A stretch of DNA of 64,000 nt, from the NCBI GenBank assembly GCA_965153455.1, contig OZ234493.1, positions 7,058,213 through 7,122,212 of the forward strand, read 5' to 3'. The position numbers and the translations under genes were made by a program. Each line of letters begins with the position of its first letter. Within the stretch, counting starts at the first letter, position 1. This DNA is from Sphagnum compactum. Taxonomy: Eukaryota. This document shows, piece after piece, positions 24,100-36,799 of this stretch. The notes under the pieces are model-generated. The model ran no database searches and was not told where the DNA came from. It worked only from the letters and a program-made list of their open reading frames with translations.

Positions 24100-27000
24100 T
24101 AAAAAAAAGAGGGAAATAGTTAGTCCCTCTCGTGGTAGGAAGTTATCTTAGTCACGACCTCTCTAATGTCACCTACATGCAAATTGCGAGACCTAATAGG
24201 AATGGGAGGTTTAAAACACGCATCATTTGTCAATGCAATCTTCCTTTCTATAACAAAGGTTAAAGCACGCTAAAGGGCAATACTAACATGCTGCCTTAAA
24301 AATTGAATTAAAAAAGATAAGGATAAATGACCTCCTAATTGTCTATCATGGAAAATAAGGGTACATTCCCTGATGAAATGATCCATATCACGCATGGGTA
24401 CATTGTGCACCTCCATGGCAATCGGAATAAAATGGTGCCCCTCATGAAGCCTTATATACTTATGGATTTTAGCACTGGCACTAAGTTTCATAACTACACA
24501 TGCTGGTTGAATAATGACACTCAAAGCCATTGTCTCCCGCATTGGGTCAATAACCACGACATCGGCAATGAGGACCTGGTCCATTTGGGTCATGTAGAGA
24601 TCGGCTTGTAATGAAATTGTTGACATAAGGGTGTACCATTGCTCTTTCCATACAGCGTGCGCACTCTTGTGAACAAGGGCATACGTGTCGTTTCGGATGG
24701 CATCATGTGTGGTTATTCATTGACCTCCAAACGGGCAATGAGCTAAGTGCTTGCTAGATGCGTCCAACCCATGTCCACACTCACACATGAGGAGACTAGA
24801 TGCTAAGGGTTGAATCAAATCGAAACAAAAACGCAACATTGAGGTGAAAGTCAAGTGTGCGATGTGAAACGAATAGATAAATGGCCTAACAACCAACCAT
24901 ATCCCTACCCCTTTGCCCGAATGAGAATGAATGCGAATTCTGGATGCTAAGGAAATGGAATCATATTCCAAGATAGACTTAAAGGATGTGTTGTGGTGGA
25001 AATCCATCAAAGATGCTTGTAGACTTGGGGTGTCAGTAACTGCCAGACTCTTAAAAGAAAGGTGCATATCCCTTGTTGTAGAAGGAAGGCCATTTCGCGT
25101 TACACATAGGTAAAAATGAAATAGGTGTCGGCCCCCTCTCAACTTGAGCAACATATTCTTCCAAAACGGGTCTATCGAAAATACAAAACCTAGAGCACAA
25201 ATACGGAGCCACCAAAACCCAACTCCTTAGAAAAGTAGATGGGGCACAATCCTCCATAGAGAAAAGGCCTATATCATCAAAACATATCGGTAGTTGAGCC
25301 TGACGCCTCGTTAAGGGGCCTTAAAAAGATTCACACGATCCTAGACCCATAATGTCCCCGCATACTTGCATAACTCTCCTATCAAAACCCCCCAAAAAGA
25401 GATAAGAAGGAAGAAGGAAGTATTGTCCGTGTGAGATAAGTAGGTCAATGAGCTACACATGAAGACAAAATGCCCAAAACAACCTGGGCGTTTTCCAAGA
25501 AAGGAAGATCATCAATATGCGCCATGTCCTGAGATAAAGCCTCATCCAAAAAATGGGTGGCAAAGTCTTGAGAACCCACAAGCACACCCAAAATGCGTAA
25601 GCCATATGTGACCAAAGTATAGCTTTGAAGAATATTTATACTTGGAGAAAGAGATCCCTGATGGATTCTAAAGTTTGCACTTTGACCTTAAACCCAACTT
25701 GGGAATTGGGTTGTAAGGTGGTCAAAAGCGCGAGTAATTTCATTCAAAGGCCCCATGATGTGGGTATCGTCTGCTAGGGGTGGAAAAGTGCAGTCGGGGG
25801 CCCACGCGATGGTCTCTAGGAGAGCTTGATAATGGGCCAAAGCAAATAAAGGACCTCCTAGGGGGGTCACCTTGCCTCGTGCCTAAAGATGATTTAATAA
25901 TGGTGACCCCCTCCACATGTTACCCATGTTGGTAATAAAAAAAAAATGAACGCCATAAAACAAATTGGTAAAATAGACAATGTTCATCAAAGGCCCCCCG
26001 ACATCACATAACTTTCTAAAAATAGTAGTTTGAGAAATGTTGTTAAAAGCATTTTAGACATCAACCTACAACACGGCCCAATTAGGGTGTAGGTCGAGGA
26101 AGGCTTGGATGCCAAAAGGGATGGCCTCATAGTCTCCAAGGGTCAAAAATCCAAATTGGTGGGGTGATAGGTGCTCGTAAAACGGCCCCTGAAGCTGAAA
26201 GATAGTGGAATGATTAATAAGTTGAAGAAACATCTTGCCCATGGTAATGGGATGAAGACCACTAGTGTCCTTTGGCATTGCCAACAATTTGTTGGCCCCT
26301 AACACTGGGGTCATCGACCTAAGGATATCCCCACAAGTAACAATAGTTGCAACCTGGAATAATTCTGAAAACCTTGAGGATGGGTCCTTTGGTATGAAGC
26401 ATCCCGAAAGATGCTCATATATCATCCTAAAAAGCCATCTGAAGACAAATGGGGAACAATGGCTAAAGCTTGGGTAAACATAATCCTATCTAGGACAAAA
26501 ATGTGCTTAGGTTGATAATTAAAAATAGGTGAAAGGACAAGGTCTGAAGGAGGAAGGTGTAGTTGGCGCAGGGCAGCAACGATGTCTTCCAAAGGAATAA
26601 CTGGCGTCATGGATTGGAGAGCTCTGGCAATGCAACTGTATTCATCAGCTCTCCTTAAAGTTAGACATCGGCAAAAACAAGTGGTCGAAGAGTCTTCCCA
26701 TGAGTGGAGAGAACGGGGCGCACAAAAGGCACGTGAAAATTCTTCTTGAAGAGAAGATCAATTGCCCGCTAAAAACCTCCTGAGGTGAGCAGAAACTTCT
26801 CGTTGACCTAAACAACCACCTCGAATATAACGCAAACACCAATGTGGCAACATGAGGATTAGGTACCATGTTAATTCGTCCATCGAGTTTCAGGCAATTT
26901 GGTCAAGGGGTAAGTGAAAAGCATGCCTGACCTCGCCTTAGATGGTTCGAAAGATTTTACGAAACAAATGAGGGCACACAAAACAAGATTTAAATAGCCC

Positions 27001-27260
27001 CAAGATGGAGTTAGACTGGGCCCGAATCTAACCCCAAAAAGCAAGAGGAATAAAACCAAGAAGAAACATAGGAGGGGAAGACACCTGCAAAGAAAAAACA
27101 GCCTAGCTAGCCTGGGGACAAGTCTAAGAAGAAGGTGAGCACTCTTGACATGCCTTGAGAGGCCGCCTAAAGTGCAAAGACTAGAACAAAGAGGACAAGG
27201 GGTATCTTAAATTGACGGGGGACACAATGAAGGAGCCATCTGACAACAAAAATAACTATT
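24100..27260 (-). mobile_element. decayed non-LTR retrotransposon, CRE-like, with RT, Zn-knuckle and restriction-like endonuclease; boundaries approximate
   Basis: GLHPITMG, LSPHQFG, VDV.NAFN, GTRQGDPLGGPLFAL, LADDTHI (RT YxDD relic), ILGVLVGSQDF, CECGHGLDASSKHLAHCPFGG, ADLYM...ADVVVIDP, HFIPIAMEVH. Many stops and frameshifts. Confidence 0.85.
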
Positions 27261-29322
27261 AAAAAAAAACCATAGGAAGCGAAACCCCAAGTAGGTCCCC
27301 CCCCCCCCCCCCCCCAAACGGTACTGAAATTTCCTGCCATTAGTCACCAACGACGGTAAGCCCGGTCGTGGTTGCCATGGTGAAAGAACTTTGTCACGAA
27401 GCAGCAGCATTTCCTAATTGGTTGTTGTGGATTTCAATCGTAACAAGAGTTGACACTTTGTTGTTGCATGTGTTTGTTATGACACTTGTGTCATTGTTGC
27501 ATCACCTTTCGACCATCGTTCGGTCACTCTGCTGTTTCTTGTAGTTGTTGTTGTAAGCTTTTTCGTAGCTACAACTTCTTTCCCTCTTTCCTTCCTTTCC
27601 CATTGCTTCAAGTAGTGAGGAACACATTTGTAATATGTAGGTGTTTGTCTCAATAGTCATAGCCAAACAACAACATATGTATACCACATGATGTAGTCAT
27701 TGATGCATCTTCAATTGAAACCCAAATGAGTTTTTTGCAAATTTCGATTTTCATTCTTTCTAATGGAGTTTTGGATGCAAATAGATTTTGAATTACAAAG
27801 ATCCTAAACCTTTCATGGGGTTGGGATTCAAATTCCCATCAAGGATTTTAAGCTTCAATTTTTTCTTTCAAAATAATGCACAATGCAAGGTGGTTTTGTG
27901 TAGGAAGGTAGTGTGATGGATGCCAATAATAATGCAATAGTAACGATAATGGAACAAAATTGGAAGTCATGGGCTATGGTAATATGTAGATGTACTTTTT
28001 AAAAAGATATGTTTGCAAAGATCTTGGACAATCTAATTCCTTCATCTTCTTTATGAGGTTTTGTACCACAATTTCGCCATCAAGTGCTATGTGTGTTAAT
28101 AATCTTTCAATGCTTTTAATGAGTGTTTAGGGTTGAGACTTGACAATCTATATAAATGCTCCCCTTAGGCTCCCACCTTTATATTGCCAATTCTTTTTCT
28201 CTTGATCCAAAGGTTAGAATGACATACATTCATGATTTTGTTAAGCTGCAAGTTTTAAAGATGATCACCACGACTTTGTAAGAGATTTCATCCTTTTGTT
28301 GTTGTTCTATGTCACCAAATGTACTCCCATTGCAAGAACCTTGTAGTCAAATACATTTACTTGGTGAAACACATATTGCCAGTTCCTTTGATCACACTTG
28401 TTGACAATGTAACCACTTTGCAAACATTTCGAAATGACAACTCACTATTGTAACCACTTTTCAATCTAAAGAAGCTATCGAATCTCCTTCTCACACAAAT
28501 ATTTAGCCACCTATGCTAATTGAAGCTTTAGTTGTGTAACCACATTAACAACTACCTAGACTTGATTTTTTTAAAAAGACAAATTGACTATCAGAATTCA
28601 GCACCTACTTTTGATTACCACCTCAAACATGCATCTTATTTTGATGACACCCACATCTAGGAACATTAACTTATCACCTATTACAAGAAGAGTGAATTTC
28701 TTTTCACTTTTTAAAATTCACTAATAATTATTCTCTCCACCATGCTAGCACCCACACCTGCACCTTGACCTTTTTGAGGTGAGGCCTCTCAGGTGCCATA
28801 TAAAGCTCAACAAATGTTAGATTTGGACTTCAAGACTTGATTTAATCTAAGCATGGGATATTTGCAATATTTACAAGCAATTTAAATGGATTTTGCCTAT
28901 GGTACCAGCCGGGGTGCTAATTCACCCAAGGCACTTCTTCACTAGGCACCTCTTTTTTATTCTTCCAATGTGGGTGATAAACTACAATATGTTTCAAACA
29001 TGTGGTCAACCAAATGAGTAAAATAAAAAATAAACGTATATATGTTTCTTGGTTTTGAGGTACCTAGTTATGAACAATTTTTTCAAATGAGATGGATATG
29101 TTGATCCAACAATCTCATTATTCCCATGTTGATATGTGTATGGAACAGAATTTTAAACTTGGTGGATCATCTTGTGTAGAGCTTGAAAGAATTGGTGAGA
29201 TTTGCTTTGAGAGTGTCATAACTTCTACATCCAATGAGATTGTTTAATACATTGGAGAACACTACATATAATAAGTAAAGCTTGTTAGCCATCCTTCTCC
29301 TTTTCAGTATTGGGGAAAGTCG

Positions 29323-30165
29323 GGTACCAAATCCTAAGGTCAGTTTCGTTATTAAATAATCCTCAAAATAGTGAAATGAAATTTTGTGGAAATATGAAGT
29401 TGACATGTTGAAAATCATCATAATTATCATAGGCTACATTCTGAATAATTTCACTACTCATATATCACATTATTATAGTAGACGATGAAAAACATATATA
29501 ATTTCAAAATTTTAAAATGAATTCATCTTTTGAAGAAAAAAAATTATTCGTTTTGTCATTGTGGAAACTGACCCTAGGCTACGGTAGTAGTTTCCTACCC
29601 ATCCTTCTCCATTTCACTCTTGGGGAAAGTCTTGTGTCTTGTGCCATCCCCAATGCCCATCACCATTTTGTTTTTTTTCTCTTTCTCTCTCTCTCTCTCA
29701 CTCTCTCTCTTCTTTTTGGCATTCCAATTTCTTTGTCACAAGCTACCTTCCTTTTTTTTTTGTGTCTTTTAATCACAAGTCAAAATTTGGAACTCCCAAG
29801 ACCCTAATCCACAAGCATTCTTGTTTCAAAGAGTCGTCACCATAATATCACCAGGACTCATGCATGGTATATAGGTACCATTGTAGCCTAGGGTCACTTT
29901 CCACAATGGACAAAATGAATAATTAGTTTTTGTCAAAAAATATTCGTTTTTTATAAATTTGAAATTATTGTTATTATTATTTCATGATGTACTACAATAT
30001 AATATAATATAAGATATTGTCATATGAGGAGTGAAATTACTCAGATTTGTAGCCTACAAATATTATGATGATTTTCAACACCTCAGCTTCATATTTCCAT
30101 GAAAATTAGTTTCACTATTTTAAAGGGTTATTTAATGACAAAACCAAACCCTAGGGTAAAGTACC
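29323..30165. repeat. inverted pair of ~270-290 bp MITE-like repeats (29323-29590 and 29874-30165)
   Basis: tgtggaaactgaccctaggctac pairs with gtagcctagggtcactttccaca, and ggaaatatgaagttga.atgttgaaaatcatcataat pairs with attatgatgattttcaacacctcagcttcatatttcc. Confidence 0.85.
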
Positions 30166-30220
30166 AACCTGGTTTCAAAATAAAATTGACATGATTTTGT
30201 CTCCTTTGGCTCTCCTCTAT

Positions 30221-33200
30221 TTGGCCTTGCTTACCAAGGCAAGGATATTGTGTGTAAATTCATCATAGAGTATAGTAGCTTAAGGGATTTTCCCTAGGTA
30301 ATAATAATAATAGGTCTATTTTTCTATGAGGCTTTTTGAAAGATGATATTTTGGGCTTGTGTTGAAACTTGAGAGTAGTTATAGAGTTATGATATTTTGA
30401 ATGAATTTGGTTTCTTTGAGAGTATTTTTTTTTGAAGAATACATATTTTTGCATGGTGAAAGAAAATATTTGAATTTTCATAATTCTTCTTCTTTTGCCT
30501 TAAGACACTTTCTAATGGAAATGGCAAGGCCACAATGTGTGACACACCCCTTTGTTTGTTTTTGCACTAGCTAAAATTGAACTAAGCTTGGAATAGGCAT
30601 TAATTAATTAAGTAATTAATTAATTAATTGTTAAGCGAATCCTTAATCTCTGCTCACAGTTTTAAACTTCCCATATTCTCCGGAGCAAAATAATCAGCTG
30701 TATCCAAAAATTATTTATTTATTTATAAAAAATAGCAAATTTTTTAAAGCACAATAATGGCTTTTTGTTGGGGGGGGTCCAGGTTTTTAGGATGCCCTAG
30801 ATTCGCTCGGCCTTTTGCTTCTCGCCGCAGTTTACCGTCCAGCCGTGGTAGCAAATGCAGATAACGACACGGATTACGCGCGTAATGGGCGAGTACCTGA
30901 TCACGGGTTCTGTTGCACTTTACAGAATGCCCCTAGGTCTAGAGTCTAGAATGTCTCTCTTCCCTAGGAGACCTCCCCCCCCCCCTTGAGGCTTGGAAAG
31001 GTGAAACTTCTATTTTTCCTAGTGAAAATGAAAATATATTCCCCTCTATCATTTTCATCCTTTCCCCCCCAAAAAAAAAAATCCTTGTTTAAAATTATTA
31101 TTAAATTATTATGAATAATTTGACTAAGTTGTTCAAAATTTGTACCTATTATTATTGTAGGTCTAGAATTAACAACCCATAAAGGGCTTGGTTTATCAAT
31201 AAATGTTTATGGATAATCTTGCATAGGGTGTTGAATTTAGAGACAATTAGTTTCTAATCAATTGTCATTATTATGTGGGTTTTAGCCACATAAATGATAA
31301 GATGGGTTTAGGGTTTAGGGTGGTAACTTTATAAACTCTTAAAACTGGCTTAATTTCATATGAGAGTCGGGCATCCTACTCATATGGTTTTGTTTCGAAG
31401 GTGCCTAGTTGACAAACTCACTTGTTTGTTGCTAAGTTTGTTGCAAAATGAATAACACCATTTAAGCCATACCCACTTGCAAGGCAACCATGAGTACCAT
31501 ACCATCCAATTTGCTTGATGATCTTTGTTATCAATTGACAACAACATATATTATACACATGTGAAAGTAAAAGATGTATGTGAAAATATTTGCCATAGGT
31601 CAAATTTGCAATCAAAATTGTTGAAAATAAGTGATGTAAAAATTGGGACATTGAACTTCTTTTTACCCCCACAGAAAAAACTGTATGCCTTTAATGGACC
31701 ATAGAATTTGGCAACAAATTCCCCCATGCCCAATGCCCATGGCATCTATCCTACATAAAATTCCATGAACATTTTTAGAAATTGGCTAAAAAGGAATGTT
31801 CCACCAACAACAATGAGACAAAGTCTTAACATAATTGGACATGAAGCTTCATTGGTCAAGTTCATCAATATATGCCTGAAAGGGGTTTTTTTCATGATTT
31901 TCTAATGGAATAGGTACCACATCTAAGTATATTATTATGAAGGGAAAAGCTTTCCTTGACATGAAAATATAATGCTCTTATCTCACATACAAATATTTTT
32001 CAAGTCATGTGATGAACTTAAATTATGGTAGTCGTTATTTACCATACCATTTGATTGGGTAGACCACTTATTAAACCCAAACAACCTCTATTCCCACTTG
32101 ATCTTAGACATTTGAACTTGTTTCTTAACCGATGAAAGTTTGTCATGTTCGATTAATGTTACATACTAAGATCATATATTCTAGTTACATGGCCAATGTC
32201 CTTTCATTCTATAAGCTTGCACAATTTTCATCTTACCTATTATTCATGAAAAACATTCATTATGTGGATGTTATTAAAATGTGAACCTAAACTTTATTGC
32301 ATTATTAGATTTGCTAAACCTTTACTTACGACCATTTTTGCTTTCATTACTCATTGTGCTTTTCTTTGTAGTTTTCCTTTTTTTTCTTTTCCTTTTCTTG
32401 AATTGACCTCCTTGTTTCCAGCATGGAGTCAACTAAAAGCAAAGCCAATGGTTATGGAAAACCAACTTTCCTTATTGCATAGCCCAGCTTTTGGGTTTTA
32501 AAATAATTTATTGCATTGTCATTATATTAGATTGTCATAGGCCTACAATTAGAATGATGTCACATATATATATATATATATTATGCTTCTACAATGTGGA
32601 AGAATGTGTATTGGACGTATTTGATTAAATTATAAACTATACCAGGATATTGATAGCTAGAAGATTCTTTTTTTGGGGCTATCAAGAATTCACAAAAAAA
32701 ATATTTTCATGATTATTTGGTTGATTGTGTCTATTCATTGGACTTGGAATTTGTAGCCCCAAGAATTGGTCACATGTGTAAGAAACAATCATGCAAAAAC
32801 TTGGGACCTTTTACATTTCTAGTTTTGAACCAAAATTTTGATGTACAACAATGTACACAAGTGAAAAATCACCACCATCGTAAGAATTATTTTAATTTGG
32901 ACTATTCATTCTTTTCTCACTTATATTTATCTCGTAACTAATATGGGTGGATAGTGGAAAAAAAACCATGAGATCCTAATTCATAAAAAGTGATACCCCA
33001 ATTGTGATTGAGCGCAATTGGAAATATTGCACGTGATAACATGAAAAATGCATGGTTTGATTGTAGACATAATAAGATTATTGGTTAAGTGCAAAGTGAA
33101 ACCATCATTAATTATTTAATTATAATCCTTCATGTTAACAAGGGGTGTGCCACATTGTGGCCTTATCATTGACATAAAATAAATATCTTAAGGCAAAAGA

Positions 33201-33456
33201 AAAATTATGGAAATTCAAATATTTCACCATGCAAAAATATAATCTTCAAAAAAATCCTTTCAAAAAAGAAACCAAAATCCTTCAAGATATCGTAACTCTA
33301 TAACTAATCTCAAGTTTCAAAACAAGCCAAAAATATCATCTTTCAAAAATCCTCATATAAAAAATAGACCTATTACCTAGGAGCCAAAATCGCTTATGCT
33401 ACTATACTCCATAATGAATCTAAATAAAATATCCTTGCCTTGGTAGGCAAGGCCAA
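30221..33456. repeat. inverted pair of ~320-330 bp repeats (30221-30553 and 33137-33456) enclosing ~2.6 kb
   Basis: ttggccttgcttaccaaggcaaggatatt...gccttaaga...aaggccacaatgtgtgacacacccct is mirrored by aggggtgtgccacattgtggcctt...tcttaaggc...aatatccttgccttggtaggcaaggccaa. Confidence 0.88.
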
Positions 33457-34351
33457 CAAAGTGACAACCTTTTCAAATCATTCATGATCTACATCAATTT
33501 CTCCATATTTTTATAATGAAGTTTAATAGTAAAAAATATATAATGATATCCATTAGACTCATTGCTACATGCACACCTATTCATTTACTAATGCATCCCT
33601 TGAGGGATGGTGTTTAACACCACCTTTATGCCCTCCAATAATATGAACAATATACTTTCATGTAAAACATGTGTCACAAATGAACATAATCGATTGTCCA
33701 TGTGAACTATTGTATGACATGTAATGTAACTAGGTAAAAGCATGTAGGTAGTTTAAAACAAAATTTGTCTTTTACAACCAACCATTTTGGAACTATGAAC
33801 AATTGGTTGTCATTTGCAACTAGATTGGTCATGTTGGTAATTAAAAAAATTAACACCATCTATTTTTTGGGCTATCTGCTTTTATGTGCAACTAATAACA
33901 TGCAATTAATTGTGTATGTGGACTAATATATAGTGTATACCTAAGCTACCTAGATTAATATACATAATATACCTACACGAGCTAATATATCTATGTTATT
34001 GACACTAGGGTATACATCATAACTATTAGCTTAAGCTAGGTAGGATAAGTAGCCTAGCTTATCTAGCATAAATATATTAGTCTAAGTAGCATAAGTCACT
34101 TAAACCAATATACCTAAATAACTACCTAGGCTAGTTAGGCAAAAATATTAATATACGTAACTTAATATGCCTATGCTACTTAGGCCTAGCCTCTAGTATA
34201 ATATACCATATATATTTATTTAATTTGGTTTAATATAATAGATTTAGGCCTAGCCTAGTTTAATATAGCTTAGGCTAATATAACATTTAGGTATCAAATA
34301 ATATACTAGATACTAGACTGTTTAGGTTTTTAGGTGTTCGTCTTCATATCA

Positions 34352-34999
34352 AAGGTGGTTGCAAGTTAGGGTGGTTCATTTTGGGTGGATGCAACTTTTC
34401 CTAAAGTTCATATTTTAAAATTTTACATGGAAAAACTCTACAAAACTGATATTAAATGGCAATTATGTGATGATTAATGAACTAACAAAATTCAAATGAA
34501 TAAAAGCCCAACTAGACAATTCTTTGACATACATGTTAAAGAAAAACCAATCAATCCAACAATAAATTATTGAGTTGTAAACTTTTGAAAATAAGGTTCA
34601 AATTTGGTCATTCAAAAGTCCATAGCTATTTGTTGACTTAGGTTTTTAAATTTTCTTTTGTTCAATTCATGTTTTCTTTTTGAACATGTATCACATAATA
34701 AATCCTTGTTAAACATCTTGAGATGAAATCACATTGAATTTAAGTGCATTTGAATATTCATATATATTTGAGACCATAATTCATGAGTTCATTTCAAAAG
34801 TCCATTGCTATATGTTTGGTGTATATTGATTAAATTTCATCATTATGTACATATTTTTATTTAAGAACACAATTTTAATCCATAAATAAAATTCTACATT
34901 GTTGATTTTACCATACTTTTGTAACATTTGAATAAAATACATTGTGTAAAAAGTTCCATGTGATGCAAAAAGTGAACCACCTTAACTTGCAACCACCTT
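34352..34999. mobile_element. MITE with ~27 bp terminal inverted repeats
   Basis: aaggtggttgcaagttagggtggttca versus tgaaccaccttaacttgcaaccacctt (one mismatch). AT-rich interior; TSD unclear. Confidence 0.82.
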
Positions 35000-36799
35000 C
35001 AAGTGGTTATCTTTTAATTATTGCAATATTATGTCATCTTTGTCTTTCAGTTAAGGTAAACTAATTGTGATGATCGACTTTATGTTAATGTTTTTTGAAT
35101 TGGGGCAAAGTGATTGTCTTTGTGTTAATTTTTTTGAACTAAGGCAAAGTGATCATGATGATCACGTTTGTGTGGATATGCTTTGAAATGTAACAACATT
35201 TCATGGTGATGATTTTCAAGCTTTTGTCATCTTCCAAGTTTTCTCCATCTCTATTTCCTTTGTTTTGTTTTAGGTTTGTTGTTTGTTGAACAAACTAACA
35301 TTCATTGGAGCGAGGTAAGTTTTTTGCCTTTTTTTTGTTTCTATTATTGTTGTTGGTTGTTGTATGTGTGTTTGTTCATATTATGTTTTTTTACATCATA
35401 AATGTTTGTTTGTTGTTATATACATGAATGTGTTTTTTGGGTTGTCATTGTTATTCTTGCTCCCCCTTTGTCAAACCTCCACCCTTTTTCTTTACATGCA
35501 ACTTCTAAAACAATAACGTGCCCATATACATTGTGGTTTTCAATGACATCCATGAGTGCTATGTAATTGCCCATAACAACAATTTGTGATGAAAAGGACA
35601 TGATGTTAAATTTTTGTTTCATACTAAAATAGAACTTGAATCACATGAAGCCTCCAATGTTAAAGTTGAAGTACAATGGGGGATTTTCATTCCATAGTTC
35701 CTATCCAACTAAGATGCATGGTCTCCTTTTCATTAGACATAAGGGTATTGGGCTTTTTTTTTTGTGAATGATGGTGTGGCGTACCAAATATTAATGTTGT
35801 GTAGGTATTGAAAGGAGGGTCAAGTATCACCCGAGTATTAAATTTTGAACATTTGCAAATATTAGATTCAATGAAATCTAGATTAATATTTGGATCCCTA
35901 GTTATCTATTGTGTGAAAACTAGCCTTGAGATTTGAATCCTTTCCATATCTTTCAAAATGTTGATACTTGGGGCGTGGTAAAAGGGTGGAAGCAAAGTAA
36001 GGTTCTTAGGCTTAGTTCTAGGCTACATAAAAACCATAGGAATGATAAGTATTTTGTTTCTCAAGCTGATTTGGTTCAATGAAAATAAATTTCAACAAAC
36101 TTTGCTTGTTAAAATGAAATTGTAACAAACATTTTATATGTAGTTCAATAAATTGTGCCCTAAATTGTTAATATTCTACCCATTAACCTTTTGTAAAACA
36201 CAAGGTCATACACATTGGAACATCATATAACAAAATTAGGAAGCCCATAATATTTGTGCTTTCTCCATTATGACCATTCCTTCAACAACGTTTTGGTGTT
36301 TTAATCTTCCAAGTTCACCATTTTAATGGCAATGGGTACAATTTTGATTGAAAGTTTCTTTGAGAAAGTCCATAATTTCTATTCAAGAATCAAGACTTAT
36401 AAAAAAAAATTTGACAATGCTCTAGGTTGTGCAATTGGTTTGGAATAACCATGACAAAATTGGCATTATTGCCAAAACTTCCATTTAGCACATGCATTTT
36501 CATAAAATATTTGCCAATTTGTTTGACCTAGGTATTTGATTTTGTTAATAACCACCATTTATTAACATATTTATTAATAACTAAATGATTATTAAAAAAA
36601 TTAACAATGATTTTTGTGATTAATGTTTTTCATAATTGGCTTGTGAAAACTATTTTAGATAAGTGATTATAATCAAGTTTATAAAAATTGACTTTTTGAG
36701 AATTTTCTATAAAAAAAAATAAAAATTTCATACCTTCCCTTGGTCTTCAAAAAAAGTAAATTAAAAAAAACATGCAAGTTTTTCAAAGCTTTCGTGAAA

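Noticed and set aside
30660..30735. snRNA/telomerase-RNA type USE+TATA promoter
   Set aside because: TTCCCATAT only partly matches the USE, the spacing to TATA is wrong, and no template or snRNA body follows.
30801..30822. U2 snRNA gene (CTCGGCCTTTTG matches the U2 5' region)
   Set aside because: Only ~12 nt match; the following GCTAAGATCAAGTGTAGTA and Sm site are absent.
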